From Chthoniobacterales bacterium (GTDB taxonomy: Bacteria; Verrucomicrobiota; Verrucomicrobiia; Chthoniobacterales; UBA10450): a stretch of 35,241 nt of DNA. Position 1 is the stretch's first letter; each line of letters begins with the position of its first letter. Below are positions 16,563 to 24,813 of this stretch, piece by piece. The notes under the pieces were generated by a model that ran no database searches, had not been told where the DNA came from, and saw only the letters and a list, made by a program, of their open reading frames with translations. The stretch spans positions 1-35,241 of the forward strand of contig JBDTYN010000090.1 of the NCBI GenBank assembly GCA_040005675.1. Reading direction: 5' to 3'. Position numbers and translations under genes: made by a program.

Positions 16563-18383
16563 TCAGACGCTGCGCGCAAATGCGGCCAGCTCAACCGTTG
16601 TTTCGTATTGGAGAAACGGAGTGATCAGATAGACGCCGGGAAAATGAGCGAGCGCCTCCTCTACGATCCGCCTTGCGAGTTTAGCACCGCAGGCGCGTCC
16701 CTCCGCGCCGTCCCGGCCAGCCATCTCTGCGCGCACAGCCTCTGGCACGACAATGCCTGGAACCTCATTGTGCAAAAACTCTGCCTGGCGACCGCTCAGC
16801 AGTGGCCAGATTCCAGTGAAGATCGGAATACCGAGATAAGCTGTCCGACGGTGCATCTCCTCGATCAGTCGGATTTCAAAGACGGGCTGCGTCATGGCGA
16901 ACTGCGCACCAGCGGCGACCTTCCGTTCTAACCGGTTCAGCTGTGAATCAAGATTTCTCGCATTCGGATTAAACGTGCAGCCGGTCACAAATGCCGTCGC
17001 GTGCTTGATTGATTTTCCGGCGTGGGTGAAACCTTCGTTGAGGCGCTTGATAATTCCGATGAGTTCCACCGAGTTCACATCATAAACCGAGGCGGCGCCC
17101 GGATGATCGCCGACCCGTGCCGGATCGCCGGTCAAGGGGAGGACGTGCCGCATTCCGAGCGCGGCCATCCCGAGTAACTCGCTCTGCAGACCGAGCACGT
17201 TGCGGTCGCGGCAACTGAGATGCAGCAAAGGCGTGATGCCAAACCGCTCCTTCAACATCGCGCCGACAGCTAAGTTGCTGACGCGCAAAATCGCGAGCGA
17301 GTTATCCGCCAGCGTAATTGCATCGCAGCCTGCGGAGATCAGAGCACGGGCGCCGTCGAAATATTTTTCCAGTGCGAGCGTTTTCGGCGGATCCAGTTCG
17401 CAGATAACCACGCGTTTGCCCGCAGCGACGCGATCGAGAAGGCTCTCCTCCTCGATCGCCGCCGTTTTTAGCGCGGCCGCTGGCGCCGGCTCGACCATAC
17501 GAACTTGTTTGCTTCGAACTGGCTGAAGCCCACCTATGGCCGCCGCGATCGCCGCGATGTGTTTCGGGTTGGTTCCGCAACATCCGCCAATCAAACGGGC
17601 GCCCTGAGCCACCATCTCGCGGGCAGATTTGGCAAAATACTCAGGAGCAGTATGATAAATAAAACGGCCCTCGTGATATTTCGGATAGCCGGCGTTGGGA
17701 TACGCCGCGAGCAGGTGTTCGGCTGGGATGCGCTCAAGCAACTGCACCATGCCATGCGGCCCGTTCATGCAATTCGCCCCGACGATTTGTGCTCCCAACT
17801 CGCGAGCCCGCGCGAATGCGTCCACCAGCGGCATCCCGCAAGCAAGGCGTCCTTCTGGTGCGCAAGCGAACGAAGAGACGGTCAGCGCGTTCGTCACCTC
17901 CCTTTTCACTTGCAGCGCAATCGCCATCTCGTCGAAGTCCATGAAAGTCTCTAAGAAAAGGAGATCGACGCCGCCGTCGAGTAGCCCTGCGATTTGCTCC
18001 CGAAAGCAGGCGGCTCGGTCGATTCCTCGCGCTGCGGCGTCGTCCGCGGTGATTCCGAGCGGCCCAATGCTTCCCCCTATGCATACGTCCGCGCCCTTGG
18101 CCGCTTTTCGCGCGAGCTGCGCGGATGCAAAGTTGATTTCCGCAACGCGCTGTTCAAACCCAAAGCGCTCGAGACGCACGGCATTTGCCCCAAACGTGTT
18201 TGTCTCAATGACGCGCGCGCCCGCGCCGATATATTCCTCGTGAATTTTCTGGATCTGATCCGGTTCGCTGACGCTTAACTCCTCAAAGCACCGTTCGAGA
18301 GGAACCCCGCGGTCGAGCAATAACGTACCCATGGCTCCATCGCCGCAAACCAATCGCGTCTCTAATTCCTCCAGCAGGTCCAT
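16563..18383 (-). CDS. Bifunctional homocysteine S-methyltransferase / 5,10-methylenetetrahydrofolate reductase (YitJ-type)
   Basis: The N-terminal Hcy-binding domain is GDGAMGTLL...GANCMNGP...GGCCGT. The C-terminal MTHFR domain is VICELDPPK...ITLADN...HLSCRD...LPLTGDP. Total length is 606 aa. Confidence 0.88.
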   Translation of the reverse strand: MDLLEELETRLVCGDGAMGTLLLDRGVPLERCFEELSVSEPDQIQKIHEEYIGAGARVIETNTFGANAVRLERFGFEQRVAEINFASAQLARKAAKGADVCIGGSIGPLGITADDAAARGIDRAACFREQIAGLLDGGVDLLFLETFMDFDEMAIALQVKREVTNALTVSSFACAPEGRLACGMPLVDAFARARELGAQIVGANCMNGPHGMVQLLERIPAEHLLAAYPNAGYPKYHEGRFIYHTAPEYFAKSAREMVAQGARLIGGCCGTNPKHIAAIAAAIGGLQPVRSKQVRMVEPAPAAALKTAAIEEESLLDRVAAGKRVVICELDPPKTLALEKYFDGARALISAGCDAITLADNSLAILRVSNLAVGAMLKERFGITPLLHLSCRDRNVLGLQSELLGMAALGMRHVLPLTGDPARVGDHPGAASVYDVNSVELIGIIKRLNEGFTHAGKSIKHATAFVTGCTFNPNARNLDSQLNRLERKVAAGAQFAMTQPVFEIRLIEEMHRRTAYLGIPIFTGIWPLLSGRQAEFLHNEVPGIVVPEAVRAEMAGRDGAEGRACGAKLARRIVEEALAHFPGVYLITPFLQYETTVELAAFARSV

Positions 18384-18456
18384 CGTTCGCTCCGATTAAT
18401 TATCGCGACCGCAAAGGACGCTCCGCGCTGCAGATTCCAGGAGAAGGCAGCGAGCG

Positions 18457-19290
18457 TCAGGGCAGGATGGCGAACACCCGCGCAGGAAATCCGGAACCGC
18501 CTTTTGGTTTTGGGAAGCTGACCACCACGATGGCCCCGGCTTCGGGTAATTGGTCAAGGTTTGTCAGGAGCTCAATTTGGTAGTGATTCGTGCCCAGAAG
18601 ATAGGTCTCGAGCGTGTAATCCTCTTTGCTCGTAGCAAAACCCGGATCGGTGTCCGTGGTTTCGTGGCCGGAAGCGGTGATTTTGCGCTCCTCGTAGAGA
18701 AATTTCAAGGCCGGCAAGCTCCAGCCTGGATAGTGTGATACGCCTTGTGCGTCTTTGTTCTCCATTTTCGCTGCCTCTGGCCAACGCCTCGACCAATCAG
18801 TGCGGAGCGCGACAAACGCGCCTGCCGGAATCCGTCCGTGGTCGGTTTCCCATTTTCCCAGTCGCTCGACAGTCAAAGTGTAATCGGCATTTTTCGCGAC
18901 TTCTTCATGCACATCGATTACGACCATTGGTAAAATCATTTCCTTTAGGTCCAGCTGGTCCACGGTGCGAAGGCCTCGGTGGAAATGTGCCGGGGGATCA
19001 ACGTGTGTGCCCCACTGGCCAACGTGGCTGTAGACCTCTGTAAAAAAGCCCGTCCCCATCGTGTCCGGACGCTTGTCGTACCAGTAAATTGTCTTTCGCG
19101 TCTCTTCCGGAAATCCGGGCCACCGCGGAATGCCAGGCGCAAAAGCGTGTGTCAAATCAACGAATTTCTTGCCGCGGAGCGTCTCTAGCACCGAAGCAAG
19201 TGACTTCTCCTCGGCAGCTCGAAGGACGGGCGTCGTAGCCAGCATGACGATAGAGACGGCAAACCAGGAGCCATGATTCCGCGCGTTCAT
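18457..19290 (-). CDS. Cyclase-family protein (kynurenine formamidase-like), with signal peptide
   Basis: The signal-like N-terminus is MNARNHGSWFAVSIVMLATTPVLRAAEE. The cyclase motif is HVGQWGTHVDPPAHF (H..GTH.D.P.H). Confidence 0.8.
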   Translation of the reverse strand: MNARNHGSWFAVSIVMLATTPVLRAAEEKSLASVLETLRGKKFVDLTHAFAPGIPRWPGFPEETRKTIYWYDKRPDTMGTGFFTEVYSHVGQWGTHVDPPAHFHRGLRTVDQLDLKEMILPMVVIDVHEEVAKNADYTLTVERLGKWETDHGRIPAGAFVALRTDWSRRWPEAAKMENKDAQGVSHYPGWSLPALKFLYEERKITASGHETTDTDPGFATSKEDYTLETYLLGTNHYQIELLTNLDQLPEAGAIVVVSFPKPKGGSGFPARVFAILP

Positions 19291-19665
19291 TCTTCGTTGT
19301 TAACTGATTGCTCAGTACGAAGCCAACAAGTTCGAATAATGGGGCACGAATTTCCGTCTGCACCAGCCCCTGCTCCGCTGCCTGGTCGAAACGGTGTTGT
19401 TATCGACAGGTTTCGCGTTGCCCCTTTTACGAATGAAGACTCTGCCGAAGAACCGAGTTATTCAATCCCTTAAGGTTAAGGATTGCTTATCGCTTAGATA
19501 AAGATTCAAAGAAACACTGTGAACATCTCTGCTTCCCAACGCATAAATTCGCCTGGACCGCAGGGAACGGAGAGGAATGACACGCTGCTAAAACCGCTTC
19601 CCCAATCGGCGACGCTCTTCACGAGGACGCGCACAACCGAAGCTCCCCCTCCCGCGCGCGGGGAG

Positions 19666-20310
19666 ATGGGGGACAGCCTGTTCGAGCGGTTTGCCTGGCT
19701 CTATATTTTCTGCCGCGAAAAGCTTTTCCGCGATGACACCGACCGCATGATCAGCGCTTTGTGGCAGAACGGGGCACCCCCGAAAAATACAGAACTGATC
19801 GAGCTCGGTTGCGGACCGGGTTTTTATTCCTGCGAGTTCGCGCGGCGCTTCCCCACCATCAAAGTCGTTGGCATCGATCAATCGGATCAACAGCTGAGTT
19901 GCGCGCGCCGGCGAGCACAAACGCTCGGCTTGGTGAACTGCCAATTCGAGAAGATGAATATTCTCGAACAATCCCGTCCGGATGAACGCGTCGATATTGT
20001 AATAGCTTCTCGCCTTTTTACCGTCTTGTTGGACCGGAACCGAGCACTCTCGGAGATATACAGGGTTCTTCGCCGGGGCGGGCGGTGTCTCATTGCCGAA
20101 CCGCGGCATGCCTTCCGGGCTTCAATTCCTCTCCTCGCGATGTGGTTTCTGGCTGGAATGACGCGGTGCAAACACGGATATCGTGAACCAAGAAAAGCGA
20201 GCGTTCTCGTCCAGGACGAATTTGCAGCGTTGTTCACCAGGGACCCGTGGAGAACGTGCCGAGTCTGGCTTGACGGCCGGTATCAGTACGCTCTTTGCGA
20301 GAAGGGTTGA
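19666..20310 (+). CDS. Class I SAM-dependent methyltransferase
   Basis: ELGCGPGFYSCEFARRFPTIKVVGIDQS is SAM-binding motif I, followed by DIVIASRLF and LRRGGRCLI. I chose ATG 19666 (MGDSLFERFAWLY...). The upstream GTG 19519 would add 49 low-complexity residues and remains possible. Confidence 0.75.
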   Translation: MGDSLFERFAWLYIFCREKLFRDDTDRMISALWQNGAPPKNTELIELGCGPGFYSCEFARRFPTIKVVGIDQSDQQLSCARRRAQTLGLVNCQFEKMNILEQSRPDERVDIVIASRLFTVLLDRNRALSEIYRVLRRGGRCLIAEPRHAFRASIPLLAMWFLAGMTRCKHGYREPRKASVLVQDEFAALFTRDPWRTCRVWLDGRYQYALCEKG

Positions 20311-20344
20311 GGAACGCGGCGTTCAAATTCACACCGCACGGCGC

Positions 20345-21124
20345 ATGAAGTCCGTTCATCGGGTGCTTGACCCGCAAGCGCCGCCGCCGATTCCGCGCGG
20401 GCTATGCGCGCTCGCCGTGATGACGAAAGCGCCCCGCGCGGGCAAGGTGAAAACGAGGTTGTCTCCGCCACTTACTCCGCAGGAAGCGGCGGCGTTAAAT
20501 ATCTGCTTTTTGCGCGACACCAGCGCTGCGATCTCTGCCGCAGCCACCGCCGGTGGGGCCAGAGGCATCGGCGTTTACACTCCCGTCGGCGAGGAAGCTG
20601 CCTATAGCGGAATATTGCCACCCGATTTCGACCTTATTCTGCAACGCGGGGAAGCGTTCGGTGAACGATTGATATCCGCAACCGAGGATTTATTGCAGGT
20701 GGGCTTCCACTCTGTTTGCCTGATCGATTCCGATAGCCCCACCGTTCCGCAGCACGCGTACGCCGCAGCGGTGACATTCCTGGCGGAAGGAGATGAGCGG
20801 GTCGTGCTCGGCCCGTCAAACGACGGCGGGTATTATCTCATCGGCATGAGCCGGCTGAACCGAAAACTCTTTGAAAATATCGAATGGAGCACCGAACGCG
20901 TCGCCGAACAGACACTGGCTCAGGCCAAGCAACTCGGGCTGGAAGTGAAGTTGTTGCCCACTTGGTATGACGTCGATGATCGCACGACCTTGCGCCGGCT
21001 TTGCGCCGAGCTGGTCGGATCAACGGCGCCGCCCTCGCGTGGATTTGAAGCCACCCACACACGCGCTTTTCTAACCGACGTGATCACGCGGGAAGGACGC
21101 GAGAGGATTTGGCCTAACGAATAG
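20345..21124 (+). CDS. DUF2064 (CofC-like nucleotidyltransferase-fold) protein, TIGR04282-type transferase candidate
   Basis: I used the internal ATG 20345, since the longer ORF overlaps the methyltransferase. LAVMTKAPRAGKVKTRLSPPLTPQEAAAL is the hallmark DUF2064 N-terminus. LIDSDSP and GPSNDGGYYLIGM are also present. Confidence 0.8.
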   Translation: MKSVHRVLDPQAPPPIPRGLCALAVMTKAPRAGKVKTRLSPPLTPQEAAALNICFLRDTSAAISAAATAGGARGIGVYTPVGEEAAYSGILPPDFDLILQRGEAFGERLISATEDLLQVGFHSVCLIDSDSPTVPQHAYAAAVTFLAEGDERVVLGPSNDGGYYLIGMSRLNRKLFENIEWSTERVAEQTLAQAKQLGLEVKLLPTWYDVDDRTTLRRLCAELVGSTAPPSRGFEATHTRAFLTDVITREGRERIWPNE

Positions 21125-21132
21125 CGCACACC

Positions 21133-22278
21133 ATGAACATGAATTTCAACTTCAAGCACGGTAAACGCGCACTTGTCACCGGCGCGGCCGGGTTAATCGG
21201 CTCGCACCTCGCGGATCTGCTCGCTGGGCAAGGTTGGACGGTGCGGATTCTCGATAACCTCGAGCCGCAAACGCATCGCAACGGAAGGCCGCCCTGGATT
21301 AACGACGCCGCTGAATTCGTGGAAGGCGATTTGCGCGATCGTGCAGTGATGACAGCCGCCCTCGCCGATATCGACGTGGTCTTTCACCAGGCCGCCTATG
21401 GCGGCTACATGCCGGAGATCGCGAAATACGTGCACGTTAACTCGTTTGGCACGGCGCAACTGCTCGAGATCATTCGCGAACAGCATCTTCCGATCAAAAA
21501 AATAGTCGTTGCCTCGTCGCAGGCGGTTTATAGCGAAGGTGCGGCCGAATGTCCCGAGCACGATCTCGTATTTCCGCCCGTCCGCCCCGTCGAACAATTG
21601 CGGCGCGGTGATTGGAACGTTCATTGCCCGATTTGCGGCAAGGTGACGAAAACCGTTCCGACTCCGGAGAACGCGCCGGTCGGCGGAGAAACAGTTTACG
21701 GACTGACGAAAGTCGACCAGGAAAAACTGGTGCTTCTTTGGGGCAAGCAGATCGGCATTCCCACCGTTGCGCTGCGTTACTCCTGCACCTATGGACCTCG
21801 CCAGTCGATCTTCAATCCCTACACCGGTGTGATTGCGATTTTCTGCACTCGTTTGCTGAACGATTTACCGCCGGTGCTTTACGAAGATGGCGAGCAAACG
21901 CGCGATTTTTCCTTCGTCGAAGATATCGCACGCGCCAACTTGCTCGCCGCCGAATCCGACGCGCTCGATGGGCTTCCGGTGAACGTCGGAAGCGAACGTG
22001 GCGTGCCCATCCGCGAGGTCGCCGACCAAATATCGGATGCGCTCAACATTCGCATCGCGCCTGAGATCAATGGCGACTTCCGCCCCGGCGAGATGCGCCA
22101 CCTCACAAGTGGCACCGCACGCATCCGAGCTGCGGGATACGAGCCGAAGGTTGATCTGGCGACGGGCATCGGGCGATATCTCGATTGGATCCGCGCACAA
22201 GCTGACGTGCGCGATTACTTCAGCGAAGCGGCCGATATTTTGCGCAGCAAAGGCATCGTCCACCGCGTGACGAAATAG
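21133..22278 (+). CDS. NAD-dependent epimerase/dehydratase (extended SDR) with a Cys/His-rich insertion
   Basis: Contains ALVTGAAGLIGSHL (GxxGxxG), ASSQAVY and YGLTK (the YxxxK catalytic motif). A roughly 30-aa insert, CPEH...HCPICGK, lies between the Ser and Tyr motifs. Confidence 0.85.
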   Translation: MNMNFNFKHGKRALVTGAAGLIGSHLADLLAGQGWTVRILDNLEPQTHRNGRPPWINDAAEFVEGDLRDRAVMTAALADIDVVFHQAAYGGYMPEIAKYVHVNSFGTAQLLEIIREQHLPIKKIVVASSQAVYSEGAAECPEHDLVFPPVRPVEQLRRGDWNVHCPICGKVTKTVPTPENAPVGGETVYGLTKVDQEKLVLLWGKQIGIPTVALRYSCTYGPRQSIFNPYTGVIAIFCTRLLNDLPPVLYEDGEQTRDFSFVEDIARANLLAAESDALDGLPVNVGSERGVPIREVADQISDALNIRIAPEINGDFRPGEMRHLTSGTARIRAAGYEPKVDLATGIGRYLDWIRAQADVRDYFSEAADILRSKGIVHRVTK

Positions 22279-22335
22279 CCGCCGCGTCGCGCTTGCAACT
22301 TCGCCAGTCACAAGCGAGACGCTTGGGCTACGCCG

Positions 22336-23025
22336 ATGTACTCCGTTTCCGTCATTATTCCCGCGCTCGATGAGGAGGAGCCGATCGCGGATGTCGTCCG
22401 CGGATGTCTTGCCACGGGGTTACCGGCAGAGGTGATCGTGGTCGACAATGGCAGCACGGATCGCACAGCGGAACGCGCCCGCGAAGCCGGGGCGCGCGTT
22501 GTGCCAGCGCCCCGCGGTTACGGCCGCGCCTGCGCTGCGGGTATCGCCAGTTTGTCGCCGGAATGCGAGGTTGTCGTCTTTCTCGACGGGGATGGGAGTG
22601 ATTGCCCCGAGCTGATGGATCAACTTATTCGCCCACTCAAGGATGGGATCTACGATTTCGTGATCGGCTCACGCACCCGAGGCGTGCGCGAGCCGGGCAG
22701 CATGAACGCGCAGCAAGTCTTTGCCGGTCACCTCGCCGGCTGGCTCATGCGGCCGCTCTACGGCGTGAAATATACGGATATGTGTCCGTTCCGTGCCATC
22801 CGGCGGTCCGCCCTCGACCAGCTTGGGATGAAGGAGCAGACTTACGGGTGGAATCTCGAGATGCAGATGCGCGCGGCACGTGCCGGTCTCCGCATTCTCG
22901 AAGTCCCGGTAAGCCATCGGTGTCGCACCGGCGGTGAATCAAAAGTCTCCGGCACATTGCGCGGGACATTCGTGGCCGGAACGCGGATTTTCGCGACACT
23001 CCTGCGTGTTGCAGCCGAAGGCTGA
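22336..23025 (+). CDS. Glycosyltransferase family 2 (soluble, MftF/DPM-synthase-like)
   Basis: Motifs seen: VSVIIPALDEEEPI, VIVVDNGSTDRTAE, GYGRACAAG, and the DxD-like FLDGDGSD. The protein is about 229 aa with no TM helices. Confidence 0.85.
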   Translation: MYSVSVIIPALDEEEPIADVVRGCLATGLPAEVIVVDNGSTDRTAERAREAGARVVPAPRGYGRACAAGIASLSPECEVVVFLDGDGSDCPELMDQLIRPLKDGIYDFVIGSRTRGVREPGSMNAQQVFAGHLAGWLMRPLYGVKYTDMCPFRAIRRSALDQLGMKEQTYGWNLEMQMRAARAGLRILEVPVSHRCRTGGESKVSGTLRGTFVAGTRIFATLLRVAAEG

Positions 23026-23207
23026 TGGCCGTTCGCGCAATGCCGACGACTTAGCTTGACGCCCAGCGGCATTTGTTTCATCGATGGCGAGACTTGCGGG
23101 GGAAACGATCTGCGGCGTCTCACAGTGTCGCAAGGGCAGTCAGTGCGGCGACTTCGTAAAGCAGGTTCGGGCAGTTCGTCATAAGCCTTCGATTACCTGA
23201 GCAACAG

Positions 23208-24800
23208 ATGAACGAGCGCGGCCAGATTCGAACAATAATTACGCCTTCGAGTCGCTTGAAGTTCGCCTCCGCTGGTCTGATCGCGGGGACGCTGGCCGGC
23301 CTGGCCATGACGGTAGTCATGTTGCTTCTCGCATGGTTGTTCGGCGTCGCGACGCCTCTCGCGATTTTCGGCGACCGTCTCTCAATCTTTATCCCAGCGG
23401 ACACTTTCCTGGCCTTGATGGGAGGAGTCGGGGGCTACAACCACATGAAGCAACTTGGCATCGGCTCGGTGATTATCGACCAGGTGTTCATCGGGGCGTT
23501 GGGAGGAATGATTTACGGGCTGCTTTGTCGCACGCGATCGCACTTTAGTACCGCGACCACGGCCGCGATCTTCGTGGCGCTTCCGCTCACCGCGACGGCT
23601 ATCGTGCTCTGGCCAGTGCTTGGGACGAGTTACCTCGGAGTTCCGATCGATGCGGCCAAGCTCATTACGCTCGTGGGTCTCACCCTCGCATTCGTGGTTT
23701 TTGAGCGAATGCTTGTCCTCGGCTTTGCCTGGACCACGCAAAAAGGGACTGGGCCCGACGAGCCTGAATTCACGCCTCACATCGCGCGCCGGGCGCTAAT
23801 CTTTGGAGGCTTTGGCCTTCTCGTCACAGGAGGGACTGGAGCTGCCCTCCTCCGCAAACTCTATGACGTCGCCACCTTCAGTTATGACGGCACACAGTAC
23901 AAAGGTCGCCTCGTGCAGCCGATCACGCCCAACGACCAGTTTTATTGTGTGACAAAGAACGTGGTTGATCCGCGCGTCGACGTTTCCCTCTGGCACCTTG
24001 AGGTTTCGGGCCTGGTTCAAAATCAGCGCACCTACCGGCTACGCGATCTGCAGGGCATGCCGCCGGTTGATCAGGAAACAACATTGATGTGCATCAGCAA
24101 CGGGCTGGATGCCGGATTAATGAGCAATGCGATGTGGCGCGGCGTCTCCATGGTAACGTTGCTCGAAGTGGCCGCTCCGCTCCCCGGAGCGAAGAAAGTG
24201 CGGCTGCACGGACTGGACAATTACACCGACACTTTCCCATTTGAAAAAGCGATGGATCCGACAACGCTGATCGCCTACGAAATGAACGGGGAGCCGCTGT
24301 CTGACAGGCACGGCTATCCCGCGCGCGCCATCGTTCCAGGTTATTTCGGCGAGAAACACGTGAAGTGGATTACCCGCATTGAAGTGATCGATGGAAGCGC
24401 GCAAGGCTTCTACGAAAAGCAAGGGTGGGGTCCGGACTTCGTCGTGCCGACCCGCTCGCGTTTCGATCAACCGGAGAACGAAGCACGTGTGGCGCTCGCG
24501 ACGGCTGCAGGCGGTATCGCTGTGAAGGGGGTCGCATTCGGTGGCGATCGCGGGATCTCAAGAGTGGAAGTCAGTTCCGACGAGGGCGAGAGCTGGGACG
24601 AAGCAACCTTGGACTATCCGGGAACTCGTCTCACCTGGGCGCTCTGGAGCTTCGCCTGGCGGCCCGATCAAACCGATGACTACACACTCGTTGTGCGCGC
24701 TACGGACGGAGAAGGCGCGGTGCAGGAACTGGAGGAAGATCGGCCGTTCAAGTCGGGCACGACCGGGTTTCACAGGATTGTCGTGCACGTGACTGCGTAA
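23208..24800 (+). CDS. Membrane-anchored molybdopterin-dependent oxidoreductase (sulfite oxidase family)
   Basis: The first ~215 aa or so are polytopic and hydrophobic, with an internal RR motif (HIARRALIFGGFGLL). An SO-family catalytic domain follows (ITPNDQFYCVTKN, TLMCISNG with the Mo-ligand Cys, HGYPARAIVPGYFGEKHVKWI), then a dimerisation/Ig-like domain. Confidence 0.85.
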   Translation: MNERGQIRTIITPSSRLKFASAGLIAGTLAGLAMTVVMLLLAWLFGVATPLAIFGDRLSIFIPADTFLALMGGVGGYNHMKQLGIGSVIIDQVFIGALGGMIYGLLCRTRSHFSTATTAAIFVALPLTATAIVLWPVLGTSYLGVPIDAAKLITLVGLTLAFVVFERMLVLGFAWTTQKGTGPDEPEFTPHIARRALIFGGFGLLVTGGTGAALLRKLYDVATFSYDGTQYKGRLVQPITPNDQFYCVTKNVVDPRVDVSLWHLEVSGLVQNQRTYRLRDLQGMPPVDQETTLMCISNGLDAGLMSNAMWRGVSMVTLLEVAAPLPGAKKVRLHGLDNYTDTFPFEKAMDPTTLIAYEMNGEPLSDRHGYPARAIVPGYFGEKHVKWITRIEVIDGSAQGFYEKQGWGPDFVVPTRSRFDQPENEARVALATAAGGIAVKGVAFGGDRGISRVEVSSDEGESWDEATLDYPGTRLTWALWSFAWRPDQTDDYTLVVRATDGEGAVQELEEDRPFKSGTTGFHRIVVHVTA

Positions 24801-24813
24801 GGCACAGTCAGGT

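Noticed and set aside
18384-18456. Possible SAM or other riboswitch upstream of the YitJ-type gene.
   Set aside because: The spacer is only 73 nt, and I recognise no SAM-I, SAM-II or other riboswitch core motif by eye. It has a plain GGAG Shine-Dalgarno. An Infernal/Rfam scan is needed to exclude one formally.
19341-19428. Nested short stems (GGGGCA/TGCCCC, CCAG/CTGG, CGAAAC/GTTTCG) followed by TTTT, suggesting a structured leader. There is also the imperfect palindrome aatcccttaaggttaaggatt near 19466-19486.
   Set aside because: The stems are only 4-6 bp with long loops, which is expected by chance in about 90 nt. No known riboswitch or operator consensus is recognised. It is worth only an Rfam scan.
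19339-19473. A small ORF (44 aa, MGHEFPSAPAPAPLPGRNG...) in the 228-bp cyclase/methyltransferase divergent spacer.
   Set aside because: It has no Shine-Dalgarno, a Pro/Ala-rich low-complexity translation, and no homology I recognise. It is most likely non-coding promoter DNA.
19519-19665. GTG 19519 as the methyltransferase start (ORF-track coordinates).
   Set aside because: It is not firmly rejected. The 49 extra residues are low-complexity, and typical homologs begin near the FERFAWLY segment. ATG 19666 is immediately preceded by GGGGAG, although the spacing is poor. The start remains uncertain.
23026-23207. The 182-bp GT2/Mo-enzyme spacer, examined for an ncRNA, terminator (AATGCCG...CGGCATT + TGTTTC) or extra repeat copy.
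   Set aside because: The stem is 7 bp with a 21-nt loop and a weak T-tract. It has no similarity to the hairpin repeat family and no recognisable RNA motif.
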